Part shown: positions 46,775-54,755 of the stretch, in pieces
Position numbering within the stretch: position 1 is the stretch's first letter
How the letters are laid out: the number at the start of each line of letters is the position of its first letter
The notes under the pieces: generated by a model
The model's database searches: none
What the model was told of the DNA's origin: nothing
The model's input: only the letters and a program-made list of their open reading frames with translations
Virus record (IMG/VR): IMGVR_UViG_3300011429_000003
Span: 2,184-66,183 of that record
From: a virus
Lineage: Duplodnaviria; Caudoviricetes
Strand: one strand, 5' to 3'
DNA length: 64,000 bases
Translations under genes and position numbers: made by a program

Positions 46775-47467
46775 TCACGCCGGGGTGCCGCGCAGCAGGC
46801 GCCGGACGCCCAGCTGGGCCTGGGCCGCCAGGGCCACCAGCTCCGCGTCCTCAGCTGCTGGCGTGGTGAAGGGTTCCAGCGCCAGGGGGCCGCCCATGAG
46901 CCAGGCCGTCAGGGCCTCGTGCCTGGGGCGCGCCAGCGCCACGCTCATCAGGTCCAGCTTCGGGTCCAGGCACAGGGCCGTCACCCGGCTGCTCTTGGGA
47001 TCGTACAGCGCCGCGCGCGTGACGGCCTTGGGCGGCACCGTGCCGCGATAAGCGCAGTTGCCCAGGGCACGCACGCTGGCGTGCCACTGGTCGCCGAACA
47101 TGGGCAGCCGCTCGCGGAACCAGGCGGTGCGCCCAGCCACGTCCATGGCCAGCAGCGCGTCGGCGATCTGCTGCGCCGGGCTGCCGGGGGGCTCGTCGCG
47201 CTCGTGGTAGCGGAACGCCTGCTCCAGCGCGTTCTCGTCTGGCAGCAGGCGCGTGGGGTCTAGCTTGTCCGTGTCTATCTCCAGGATGCCCCACTGCGCG
47301 CCGCGCGCCGCGTCGGCGTAGTAGCCCGCGTACAGCTGCGTCAGGTAGACGCAGTCGGCACGCGACTCGGCCGCCTCCCAGTTGCCCGGTCGCTTGCCCC
47401 TAGGTTCTAACCCTAGACTGAGCGCGCGGAAGACGACCTCGTCGCTCGTGCCGTGATACAGCTTCAT
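46775..47467 (-). CDS. ADP-ribosyltransferase/Tpt1-fold-like protein
   Basis: KLYHGTS...LGLEPR...DCVYLT..YA.YYA...GILEID. Confidence 0.5.
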   Translation of the reverse strand: MKLYHGTSDEVVFRALSLGLEPRGKRPGNWEAAESRADCVYLTQLYAGYYADAARGAQWGILEIDTDKLDPTRLLPDENALEQAFRYHERDEPPGSPAQQIADALLAMDVAGRTAWFRERLPMFGDQWHASVRALGNCAYRGTVPPKAVTRAALYDPKSSRVTALCLDPKLDLMSVALARPRHEALTAWLMGGPLALEPFTTPAAEDAELVALAAQAQLGVRRLLRGTPA

Positions 47468-47694
47468 TTCCACTCCACGTTGTTCAGATCGATGGCCAAC
47501 GTGTCGCCGCGCTGCCCGAAGTCCTGGTCGTAGAAACCGACACGCTGCGTCTTCAGGTCCTTCACCCACGTGCCCCACCCCGCCTCACCGACGACGACGA
47601 TCTTACCTATACGTTCGGGCTTGGTGCTCTCGTGTTCTCCGCCGCACCTGCAGCCCAGCAACACTGCGACGAGTAGCAGTAACAGCCAGCGCAC
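47464..47694 (-). CDS. Lipoprotein
   Basis: MRWLLLLLVAVLLGC lipobox; SD AGGAGG. Confidence 0.7.
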   Translation of the reverse strand: MRWLLLLLVAVLLGCRCGGEHESTKPERIGKIVVVGEAGWGTWVKDLKTQRVGFYDQDFGQRGDTLAIDLNNVEWK

Positions 47695-47713
47695 GCTCGC
47701 CTCCTGCAGTTAA

Positions 47714-47747
47714 TGGTGGAGGCGGGGCCTAGCCTGGCCCCGCCCCC
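47714..47747 (-). ncRNA. Alanine-type minihelix RNA
   Basis: GGGGGCGGGGCC-AGGCTA-GGCCCCGCCTCC-A-CCA: 12-bp stem, G3.U70, A73, CCA. Confidence 0.6.
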
Positions 47748-47751
47748 GGGT

Positions 47752-47825
47752 TGTGTGTAACGGGATTTGAACCCGTGACCGACAGCTTACAAGGCTGTAG
47801 CTCTTACCAACTGAGCTATGCACAC
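47752..47825 (-). tRNA. trnT: tRNA-Thr(TGT), CCA not encoded
   Basis: GTGTGCA/TACACAC acceptor (C6-A67 mismatch), GCTC/GAGC D stem, ACAGC-ctTGTaa-GCTGT, ACGGG-TTCAAAT-CCCGT. Confidence 0.9.
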
Positions 47826-47836
47826 AGTAAATTCGC

Positions 47837-47990
47837 GTGCCCGGGGTGTCGCGTGCGCCATTTGTCCGTTGTTTACAATTCCGCTGACGCTCTACCACTG
47901 AGCTATCCCCTCATAAGATTTTGGCGAGGGGAGCGGGACTCGAACCCGCGACCTTCAGCATACGGACGAGCCACACACCCGTGGGGCCAC
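47837..47990 (-). ncRNA. Circularly permuted tRNA-like RNA (Y RNA/YrlA-like architecture)
   Basis: tRNA 3' half (47959-47922, ending TCCCCTC-G-CCA) precedes 5' half (47912-47883, GAGGGGA...TCAGC) across a 9-nt linker; flanks pair as a long terminal stem. Confidence 0.8.
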
Positions 47991-47994
47991 TACG

Positions 47995-48145
47995 ATTGAG
48001 TTTGATCCGCGAAACACCGACACTAACTTGCTGACACAGATGCCTGACACTAAGTTTGGCGGACATAGACTTTGGTGTAGGGCGGCCCGGCTACCCGGCA
48101 GCAGTTTCCTGCCGCCCCGAGTTGGCAGCCGGTACCGCCCCACTG
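47995..48145 (-). ncRNA. Structured non-coding RNA: GAAA-capped long hairpin plus repeated (A/T)GTGTC(A/G)G-like motifs
   Basis: GGGCGG/CCGCCC, CCGGCTGCC/GGTAGCCGG, GGCGGCAG-GAAA-CTGCTGCC; G.U wobbles only on the minus strand. Confidence 0.55.
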
Positions 48146-48149
48146 CATG

Positions 48150-48905
48150 CTACTTCACGGCGATGATGCTGTACAGCTTCTCGCCGATCTTCTCGTTCAC
48201 CGTCTCCTGCTCGTTGGCGCGGCAGCGTGCAGTACGCACCGCCTCTATCAGCTTGTCCACGCGCGCCAGCATGTCGCTCTTCTGGGCACTGGTGATCATG
48301 CCGCTCCACAGTTGCTTGTGGAACTTGCCCACGTTGATGTCCTCGGTCAACTTCTCCACCTGGGCCTTGTGCTCCTTGGTGGCCGGGGACAGCTCGAAGG
48401 GCTTGATGACCTTGCGCGTCTTGAACGTCTCCTCCGGGTTCTGGCTCTTCAGCACACCCTTGTGGGTGTGCGTCGTGTCAGGTACCCAGCCCACGCCCGT
48501 CTGGTGCGTGGGCGTGCTGTTCAGCGTGTCGCGCATGCGCGCGAGCGTGGACTCCAGGTTCAGGAGGAACGTGACCGGCAGCCCGGTGGCCAGCGTCTCG
48601 CCCTCGTACACGAGGTCGGCCTTGGCCTGCTGGTTGGTCAGCTCCTTCTGGTACACGGTGTCCACGTAGGCCACCAGGTACTCGCCCAGGTAGTCCAGGC
48701 GCTGCGGCACGGTGGTCTCCATGGCCTGCCTGTCGGCGACACCAGCTTCCTTGCTGTCCTCGTCGTTGAACGGCTGGTAGGTACGCTCGTGCCCCTTGAA
48801 CAAGTCCTGCCGCTGGTTGAAGTTGTGCCCAGTCTCCTGCAGCACCTTCTCGAAGGCGCCCTTGCGCGCGCCCTCTACCGCCAGCAGCTCATGCTGCTTC
48901 GCCAT
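48150..48905 (-). CDS. Conserved phage coiled-coil protein upstream of RNA array
   Basis: MAKQHELLAVEG...LFKGHERTYQP...LPVTFLLNLE...LSPATKEHKAQV...RCRANEQE. Confidence 0.75.
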   Translation of the reverse strand: MAKQHELLAVEGARKGAFEKVLQETGHNFNQRQDLFKGHERTYQPFNDEDSKEAGVADRQAMETTVPQRLDYLGEYLVAYVDTVYQKELTNQQAKADLVYEGETLATGLPVTFLLNLESTLARMRDTLNSTPTHQTGVGWVPDTTHTHKGVLKSQNPEETFKTRKVIKPFELSPATKEHKAQVEKLTEDINVGKFHKQLWSGMITSAQKSDMLARVDKLIEAVRTARCRANEQETVNEKIGEKLYSIIAVK

Positions 48906-49286
48906 CCTTTTCCTCCTTCTCGCCCTCTGTCAGTTTGAACCCAGGCTCGTCCCAGTGGGCGAAGACGACGGGATCCGCCTGGCCGTACCGGAGCACCATG
49001 AACGGGTCCGGTACCTTGATGTCCAGCTCGCTCGCGTAGAACGCGGTTTTCTCCTTGCCCAGCGCTGTCTGCAGTGCTGCGGCGCGGCGCACGGCGAAGA
49101 TCGGCACGTCCTTGGTGTACGCGGTACCGCCCAGGAAGCACCCGTCCTGCTCCCGCGCGCCGATGTTGTCCTTGGGCGCAGGCCCCACCGGCAGCCACGC
49201 CCACACGCCAGGCTTGCCCCAGCTGTTGCGGTCGCTGTCTTACTCTTGATCTTCTTGCGCTTGGCGCGCTCACGCAGGCCGATCAC
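48889..49286 (-). pseudogene. Hypothetical gene with apparent 1-nt frameshift near 49240 (paralog-like to 2833-3408)
   Basis: SD+GTG at 49286 reads VIGLRERAKRKKIKSK, then the conserved part (PDPFMVL...FAHWDEPGF) is in another frame. Confidence 0.45.
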
Positions 49287-49479
49287 CGGTGGCACCTCCC
49301 TCACCCGCCTGCTTGGCCTCCAGCTCAGCCACGCGGGCGGCGGTTACACGCTCGTCCTCCTCCAGCGTCGCGATCTTGGTCTGCGCCTCGGTGCGCAGGC
49401 GGTTGAGCCGCGTCTGGATCTTCTTGAGCATACTGCGCTGGGCTGTCAGGTCCAGCTTCTCCTTGTACGTCAGTGTCAT
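49270..49479 (-). CDS. Small coiled-coil protein
   Basis: SD GGAGGAG. Confidence 0.6.
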   Translation of the reverse strand: MTLTYKEKLDLTAQRSMLKKIQTRLNRLRTEAQTKIATLEEDERVTAARVAELEAKQAGEGGATGDRPA

Positions 49480-49521
49480 TCCTCTCCTCCTCCGTTATGG
49501 GCGGGGCGCGGGGCTCCGCTG

Positions 49522-49638
49522 CTACGCACCGACTGGCTGCGGTACCGGTTCCTGCGCAGGGGTTTCCTCGCGCTGCGGCGTGGTCGCCTCCTGCTGCCTC
49601 TTCTCTTCCTCGCGCAGGTGCTCGTTCTCTCCACACAT
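49522..49638 (-). CDS. 38-aa acidic peptide
   Basis: GAGGAGG SD; MCGENEHLREEEKRQQEATTPQREETPAQEPVPQPVGA. Confidence 0.45.
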   Translation of the reverse strand: MCGENEHLREEEKRQQEATTPQREETPAQEPVPQPVGA

Positions 49639-49668
49639 AGGGTTGTCCTCCTCTCTGGTGTTAGTAGG

Positions 49669-50919
49669 CTACTTCTTGCTCGGTATGCTCAGGTCCAGGC
49701 CCAGGTCGCGCGCGGCCTTCACGCTGAGCAGCTCCATCATCGTCTGCGCACCGTTGGCGGTGCCGCCCGGCTGATCGCCCATCACCACGCTGGGCACCCA
49801 CGCGCCCGTGTACTTGGGCGCGTTCTCCGCCCAGGCGCGCATCACGTTGGTGTACGCGGCCAGCTTCTGCTCCAGTGCGCCGTCGGCCTGCATGGCCAGG
49901 CGCTTGCGTTCCGCGTCGCCCTCGCCGCGCAGCACCTGCTCGGCCTTGTAGAACTCGGCTTCCTGCTTCTTGAGCGCAGCCACGTCGCGGGCCGATTCCG
50001 CCATCGTGACGTTCTTGGCCTTGATGGCTTCCTGCTCCCACTTCTGCCCCGCCGCCGTGGCCTTGCCCTGCTCGGCCACGGTGATGGCGTTCTGCTCCGC
50101 TTCCTTCGCCTTCGCGATGGCCGTCTGCACCTTCATGATGGCGTCCTGCTGGGCGTCTATCTGTGCCTGCACGCTCTCGTCGTACTCAACCCGGTTGATG
50201 GTGAGTGTGCCTGGCACCAGCTGTATGCCGAACTCGTCCAGCGGGCTCTTGGTCTGCCGCTCGTAGCCGCCCGGGGCGTTCGGGTTCGGGATCAGCTCCA
50301 CGATGTCTACGGTCTTCTCCTCGTTGGTCAGCGGGTCTATCCGTTTCTCGCTACGCACCTTGGTCTTGTAGACACCGAAGCGGGCCTGGTCCTCCACGGA
50401 CGAGAGCAGGTCGGCGCGCTTCTCGGCGTAGGACTCACGGCTGCTGTACAGTGGCCCGGTGTTGTAGCTGCTGCGCTCCAGCGTGCGCATCACCAGGTCG
50501 CGCTCGATGGCTTCCTGGCTACCGTACTTGCGGTGCAACGCGATGACTTTCTCGTCCTCCATCGGCATCTCCCAGCGCACGCTGGTGCCCATCTTGGCCT
50601 TGCCCGCGTCGTTGAACCGAATGTCCAGGGGCTCGTAGCTGTCCTTCGTGCGGCCCTGGTCGTCTTCAAATACGCAGTCTATCTGGCTGGCCTTCTGGTA
50701 GATGGTCACGTGGCCGTAGCCCTGCAGCTTGACACCTTCCGTCTTGTACACGTTGAGCGTGCCCTTCACTGGGGACTGTATCACCACGATCTCGCTGGCC
50801 CCGATGTTCTGGAACACGCTCTTCATGGAGAACATGAACAGAATGAAGAGAATCACCGAGACGCCCAGCACGGCGCGTTTCACTATCTTGTTATCCAACT
50901 TGAGGGCGGCATTAACCAC
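49669..50919 (-). CDS. SPFH/band-7 (prohibitin/flotillin-like) membrane protein
   Basis: N-terminal TM, IRFNDAGKA, Ala/Glu/Lys coiled coil, flotillin-like VPSVVMG tail. Confidence 0.85.
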   Translation of the reverse strand: MVNAALKLDNKIVKRAVLGVSVILFILFMFSMKSVFQNIGASEIVVIQSPVKGTLNVYKTEGVKLQGYGHVTIYQKASQIDCVFEDDQGRTKDSYEPLDIRFNDAGKAKMGTSVRWEMPMEDEKVIALHRKYGSQEAIERDLVMRTLERSSYNTGPLYSSRESYAEKRADLLSSVEDQARFGVYKTKVRSEKRIDPLTNEEKTVDIVELIPNPNAPGGYERQTKSPLDEFGIQLVPGTLTINRVEYDESVQAQIDAQQDAIMKVQTAIAKAKEAEQNAITVAEQGKATAAGQKWEQEAIKAKNVTMAESARDVAALKKQEAEFYKAEQVLRGEGDAERKRLAMQADGALEQKLAAYTNVMRAWAENAPKYTGAWVPSVVMGDQPGGTANGAQTMMELLSVKAARDLGLDLSIPSKK

Positions 50920-51255
50920 TTACTTTTCCTCCTTGGTCTGTGCTTCCATCTCCTGCACCAGCAGCTGCGCATCTCGCAGCGCGTACTGGGCCTTCGTCAC
51001 GTCACGCTGCGCGGCGTGCTCCTGATGCCACCCGGTACCCTTGGCCAGGGCCAGCTGGTCCTCGGCCGTGCGTAGTGTGGCCTCGCAGTTCTTCACGGCA
51101 GCGTGGGCCATCTTCAGCTTCGCGGCCCGCCACGCCTTGGGCCGGAAGTTGGGGAAGTACGGTATCGTCCGGTCGGCTGCTGGCCACACCACCTGCGTGA
51201 GCAGGATGAACGCGACAAGCACCATGACGATACCGTAGAAGATCACGATCGGCAT
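50920..51255 (-). CDS. Membrane-anchored hypothetical protein
   Basis: N-terminal TM then coiled coil. Confidence 0.6.
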   Translation of the reverse strand: MPIVIFYGIVMVLVAFILLTQVVWPAADRTIPYFPNFRPKAWRAAKLKMAHAAVKNCEATLRTAEDQLALAKGTGWHQEHAAQRDVTKAQYALRDAQLLVQEMEAQTKEEK

Positions 51256-51663
51256 CTACTTCAGCTCCCCCGCCGCCTTGTTCAGGTAGGCGATCACGCG
51301 TGACAGTTTCTCAGCCACGACGGGATCGTTCGTGTCGTCGAACAGCTGCTTGCCCGCGTAGGCTTTGGCGTCCTGGACCTTGAGCCACAGCTGGCCGCTG
51401 GCGTCCGCGCGGTGGTGTCCGTTGGTGCCGGGCGCAGGGCTACCGAAGTCCTGCGACAGGATCTCCGGTGCCACCTTGAGCACCTTGGCCACCGCCTTCA
51501 GCGTGTCGTGCCGGGGCTTGCCCTTGCCGCCGCGCCACGTGGCCACGGCGCTGGCCGCCATGCCCAGGCGTTCTGCGAGTGCGGTAGACGTGAACGAGTG
51601 CTCCGTCATCAGGCGGTCCAACGTGGTGTGGTCGAAGTGATTGAGCATACCTTTCTTGGCCAT
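51256..51663 (-). CDS. XRE-family HTH regulator
   Basis: FTSTALAERLGMAASAVATWRGGKGKPRHDTLKAVAKVL. Confidence 0.85.
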   Translation of the reverse strand: MAKKGMLNHFDHTTLDRLMTEHSFTSTALAERLGMAASAVATWRGGKGKPRHDTLKAVAKVLKVAPEILSQDFGSPAPGTNGHHRADASGQLWLKVQDAKAYAGKQLFDDTNDPVVAEKLSRVIAYLNKAAGELK

Positions 51664-51675
51664 GGTGCGTGCTCC

Positions 51676-52149
51676 TTATGCGTGCTTGCGCACGTGCTTG
51701 AGGCGCGCCCGCTCGATCTCGCTGTTCACCTTCGCAAGTTCGGACAGGTGCTTGTACTGGCCCTGCAGGCTCGTCAGTTTCCGCAGGGCTGTCTGCAGGA
51801 GCTGATCTCTCATCTCCTGGTCGGCCATCACGTCTGCGAAGTTGTGGTAGCCTTTCCTGTTCTCCAGGGACACGTAGGCCCTGACCTTCTTGCCGCCGAC
51901 CGTAGTCTGCAGGCTGCTGATGAGACGACGTGCCTGGGTGCGGCGGTACCTGCGCGCCGCCTGCTTGTCGTCCCACTCGAACAGCTTGGCGCACTCGCTG
52001 CGAGCGGCCTTGTGCGCGTATGCCACGACGTCGTCTGCATCCAGTACGTTGTCGTTCTCTGCACACAGCTCAGCCAGTTCCTTGCCCACACGCTCCGGAT
52101 CCATAGCCGGGTTGTGGATGCCGAATATCTCGGTGAACGTGTACTTCAT
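51676..52149 (-). CDS. Conserved phage hypothetical protein
   Basis: LFEWDDKQAARRYRRTQARRLI motif. Confidence 0.7.
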   Translation of the reverse strand: MKYTFTEIFGIHNPAMDPERVGKELAELCAENDNVLDADDVVAYAHKAARSECAKLFEWDDKQAARRYRRTQARRLISSLQTTVGGKKVRAYVSLENRKGYHNFADVMADQEMRDQLLQTALRKLTSLQGQYKHLSELAKVNSEIERARLKHVRKHA

Positions 52150-52174
52150 CGGTCGTGCCTCCTAGGGAACAAGA

Positions 52175-52190
52175 TGCCAACACAGTACCA
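52175..52190 (-). promoter_or_regulatory. Possible sigma54-type promoter
   Basis: TGGTACTGTGTTGGCA = GG-N10-GC in the 52150-52213 gap. Confidence 0.3.
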
Positions 52191-52213
52191 TGGGGCGTAA
52201 CGAGATGACAACA

Positions 52214-54445
52214 TTAAAATATTTCCCGTCCCAGGGCCTCCTCCTTGGCCCAACTGCTCTGGAACCCGTACAGCCCATCCCAGTACACGCGGAGCTCGTG
52301 CAGCGGTGGGAACTGCAGGCTGTAGCGCCGCGCGCCCTTGCTGCTGCGCACGCGCCTAGGGTAGCCGGTTGGGCACACGCTGCGCAGGAACATGGACAGC
52401 TTGACAGCGCTCCCGCGCCGTGGCACGTTGTACTGCACGCAGCTGCGCACGTAGTCGCCGACCAGCTCGTCTACCGGCACCTCGGTCTCGAACGTGTCGG
52501 CTTGCAGCTTCTCCAGCCACCACTCGTGCATCGGCCCCAGACTGTGCATCTTCTGCTCCATCAGGGCGGCGGTAGTGGGTACGTTGCGCACGTCGAAGCC
52601 CTGCAGGTCGTGCGTCATCAGCATGTGTAGCAGGTGCTCGCGCCCACCGCGTGCCATGTCCTTGGCGATGGCCTGGAAGTAGCGCGTGTCCTTCTGGTGG
52701 CTGTCGCCCACGTCCAGCACGAAGAACCGGCGCTCTGTAGCACCCATGGGCACTACCCACTCGCTGTTGCTGGCTAATATAAGGTGGATGAAGTTGGGGC
52801 TGACCTCCGCGTCCACGCCCTTGTGCTCTATCATCATGCTCTCCTCTGTGATCAGCGTCTTCAGCACGGACTCGTGCTTCTTGTCGCCAGCGAAGAACGC
52901 CTCGTCGCCGAACAGCACCACACAGTCGCGCAGGTGCGCGTTGAAGCTGCCCACCAGATGCTTGGCGTCGGCCACCGGCAGGAAGTGGCGCCCCCACAGG
53001 CTGCCGAAGTGTTTCGCGAAGAACGACTTGCCGGTACCGCTCTTGCCGCGCAGCACCACCGCCGTCTCGCCGGGGCTGTCGGGCTTCTGCACGGCGCGCG
53101 CCAGCCAGCCCAGCAGGTAGCTGTAGTACTCCTCCACTCCGCCGCAGATGTTGTCGCGCAGATGCGCCAGGTAGCCCGCGTGCTTGTCGCCGACGGCGGG
53201 CGTACACGAGAAGCCCTGCCACAGGTTGTACGCGTTGGGTACCTCTTGGTTGGGGCTGAACACGAGGTAGTCGTACTGGCGGCGCCCGGGGTGGCCCAGC
53301 CACCACGCGCCCAGCTGCACCTGCTTCTTGCCGATCGTCACGTACTCGCTGCTGTAGCGGTTGCGGAAATCTTGGAACGACTGCTTGGTCAGGCGGGGCC
53401 GGTTGAGCACGTTGTCGTACACCTCCTCCACCACCTTGCACTTGCCGCCCAGGTTGCCGATCACGACGAAGCGCTCGTTCAGCTTGCGCAGCTGCGGATC
53501 CTCCACCTCGTCCTTAGCACGTGCCATCTGCCGGGTGGCGTACTTGCGTGCGTTGCTGCCCTTGTCCAGTATGCTGCTGCTGATCTCGAAGTTGGGGTCG
53601 GTGAGTACCGCGTAGATCACCTCGTCCGGTACCTTGCAGCGCACCAGCTGGCACACCACGTCGAACACCCACGCGCTGCGGCTGTTGTCTCCCTGCTTGG
53701 GCGTGTCTGGGTCGTGCCCCTGCACGATCACCATCTTCACGCGGTCAGGTACGCCCCACTTGGCCAGCTCGTCCACGCTGCCCAGGTGTTTCACCTCGTC
53801 TGGCACCGTGACCTTGGCCGCCTCCGCACCGGCAGGCTGCAGCACGGCAGGCGTGAAGTTGGCCAGCGTGTACACCGCCTCAGGGTCGTGGTGGTGCACC
53901 TCGGCCATGGTGGCCACGCGGCCACGCTCCACCTTCTTGGCGTCCGGTATGTTCATGGTACCGGGCAGCCGCATGATGCGATCCACGTTGAAGCAGTGGT
54001 CGCCGCCCAGGAGGTTCTCCAGCTGCTTGTTGTACGCCTCCACCTTGGTGGGTGGGTCGGTGATCGCCTCTTTCAGTTGCCAGAACGCCTGATAGCCGCC
54101 GCCGCTGAAGATGATGAACGTGGGCGCCGGTACGAACTCCGTGAGCGCCTTCTTGATGCGCTCAAACTCCGTGGTCAGGTCCTCGCGCGCGCGCGCGTCC
54201 ACGTCTACGTGCAGGTACGCGGCGGCGGTGATGTCGTCCTTCTGGGCCTTCTTGGTCAGCGGGCGGCTGCTGCGGTTGACGTTGAAGTACAGGTTGCGCT
54301 TGCCGTTGTGCTTGGCTGCCCACGTGACGGCGTCCTGCATCTCAGAGAATGTCACCGTCTCCATGCCCTTGCGGTCTACCGTGATGGACGTGAGCACCCA
54401 CGGCCCGCCAGGGTGGAACGCCTGCAGGAAGCTAGCTGTGTTCAT
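52214..54445 (-). CDS. Primase-helicase (RepB-like primase plus SF3/D5-like P-loop)
   Basis: LHVDVD, FSGGGYQAFW, DRIMRLPGT; LRGKSGTGKS Walker A, FGDEAF Walker B, ILASN motif C. Confidence 0.9.
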   Translation of the reverse strand: MNTASFLQAFHPGGPWVLTSITVDRKGMETVTFSEMQDAVTWAAKHNGKRNLYFNVNRSSRPLTKKAQKDDITAAAYLHVDVDARAREDLTTEFERIKKALTEFVPAPTFIIFSGGGYQAFWQLKEAITDPPTKVEAYNKQLENLLGGDHCFNVDRIMRLPGTMNIPDAKKVERGRVATMAEVHHHDPEAVYTLANFTPAVLQPAGAEAAKVTVPDEVKHLGSVDELAKWGVPDRVKMVIVQGHDPDTPKQGDNSRSAWVFDVVCQLVRCKVPDEVIYAVLTDPNFEISSSILDKGSNARKYATRQMARAKDEVEDPQLRKLNERFVVIGNLGGKCKVVEEVYDNVLNRPRLTKQSFQDFRNRYSSEYVTIGKKQVQLGAWWLGHPGRRQYDYLVFSPNQEVPNAYNLWQGFSCTPAVGDKHAGYLAHLRDNICGGVEEYYSYLLGWLARAVQKPDSPGETAVVLRGKSGTGKSFFAKHFGSLWGRHFLPVADAKHLVGSFNAHLRDCVVLFGDEAFFAGDKKHESVLKTLITEESMMIEHKGVDAEVSPNFIHLILASNSEWVVPMGATERRFFVLDVGDSHQKDTRYFQAIAKDMARGGREHLLHMLMTHDLQGFDVRNVPTTAALMEQKMHSLGPMHEWWLEKLQADTFETEVPVDELVGDYVRSCVQYNVPRRGSAVKLSMFLRSVCPTGYPRRVRSSKGARRYSLQFPPLHELRVYWDGLYGFQSSWAKEEALGREIF

Positions 54446-54755
54446 TCCAGTACCTGAGCAGCTCCGTGGGGTTGGCGTCGCCACGCTCCATCAGCACGAC
54501 CCACATCCGACTGCGCCGCATCTCCGCGGCGATCTCCTTCTGCGCCTTGCCGCTGCGTTTCCGCAGCACTACACACTTCTCGCAAGGCGTAGGTACGATC
54601 TCACTGACTGGCTTCGTTATCTCCCGCGTCCCGCGCTCCCATGCGACGTATCTACTGACGGGGATCCTGTAGCGGCGAGCAGCCCGCGTCTGAGACTCGC
54701 CTCTTCGTCTGCGCTCAAGCAGTAGGCACTCTGCCTGCGTGAGTGTGAAAGCCAT
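54432..54755 (-). CDS. Tandem HTH DNA-binding protein
   Basis: SQTRAARRYRIPVSRYVAWERG and AQKEIAAEMRRSRMWVVLMERG. Confidence 0.7.
   Translation of the reverse strand: MAFTLTQAECLLLERRRRGESQTRAARRYRIPVSRYVAWERGTREITKPVSEIVPTPCEKCVVLRKRSGKAQKEIAAEMRRSRMWVVLMERGDANPTELLRYWNEHS

Noticed and set aside
47714-47747. Rho-independent terminator or attP remnant
   Set aside because: No U-tract on either strand, genes continue downstream on the same strand, and no integrase is in the window; not fully excluded
47837-47990. Two-piece (permuted) tmRNA
   Set aside because: Has a full D stem, G3-C70 and G73 instead of G3.U70 and A73, and only ~55 nt before tRNA-Thr, leaving no room for a tag reading frame
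48796-51075. Long 759-aa plus-strand ORF
   Set aside because: Antisense shadow of the SPFH and neighbouring genes, typical of GC3-biased DNA; no motifs or SD
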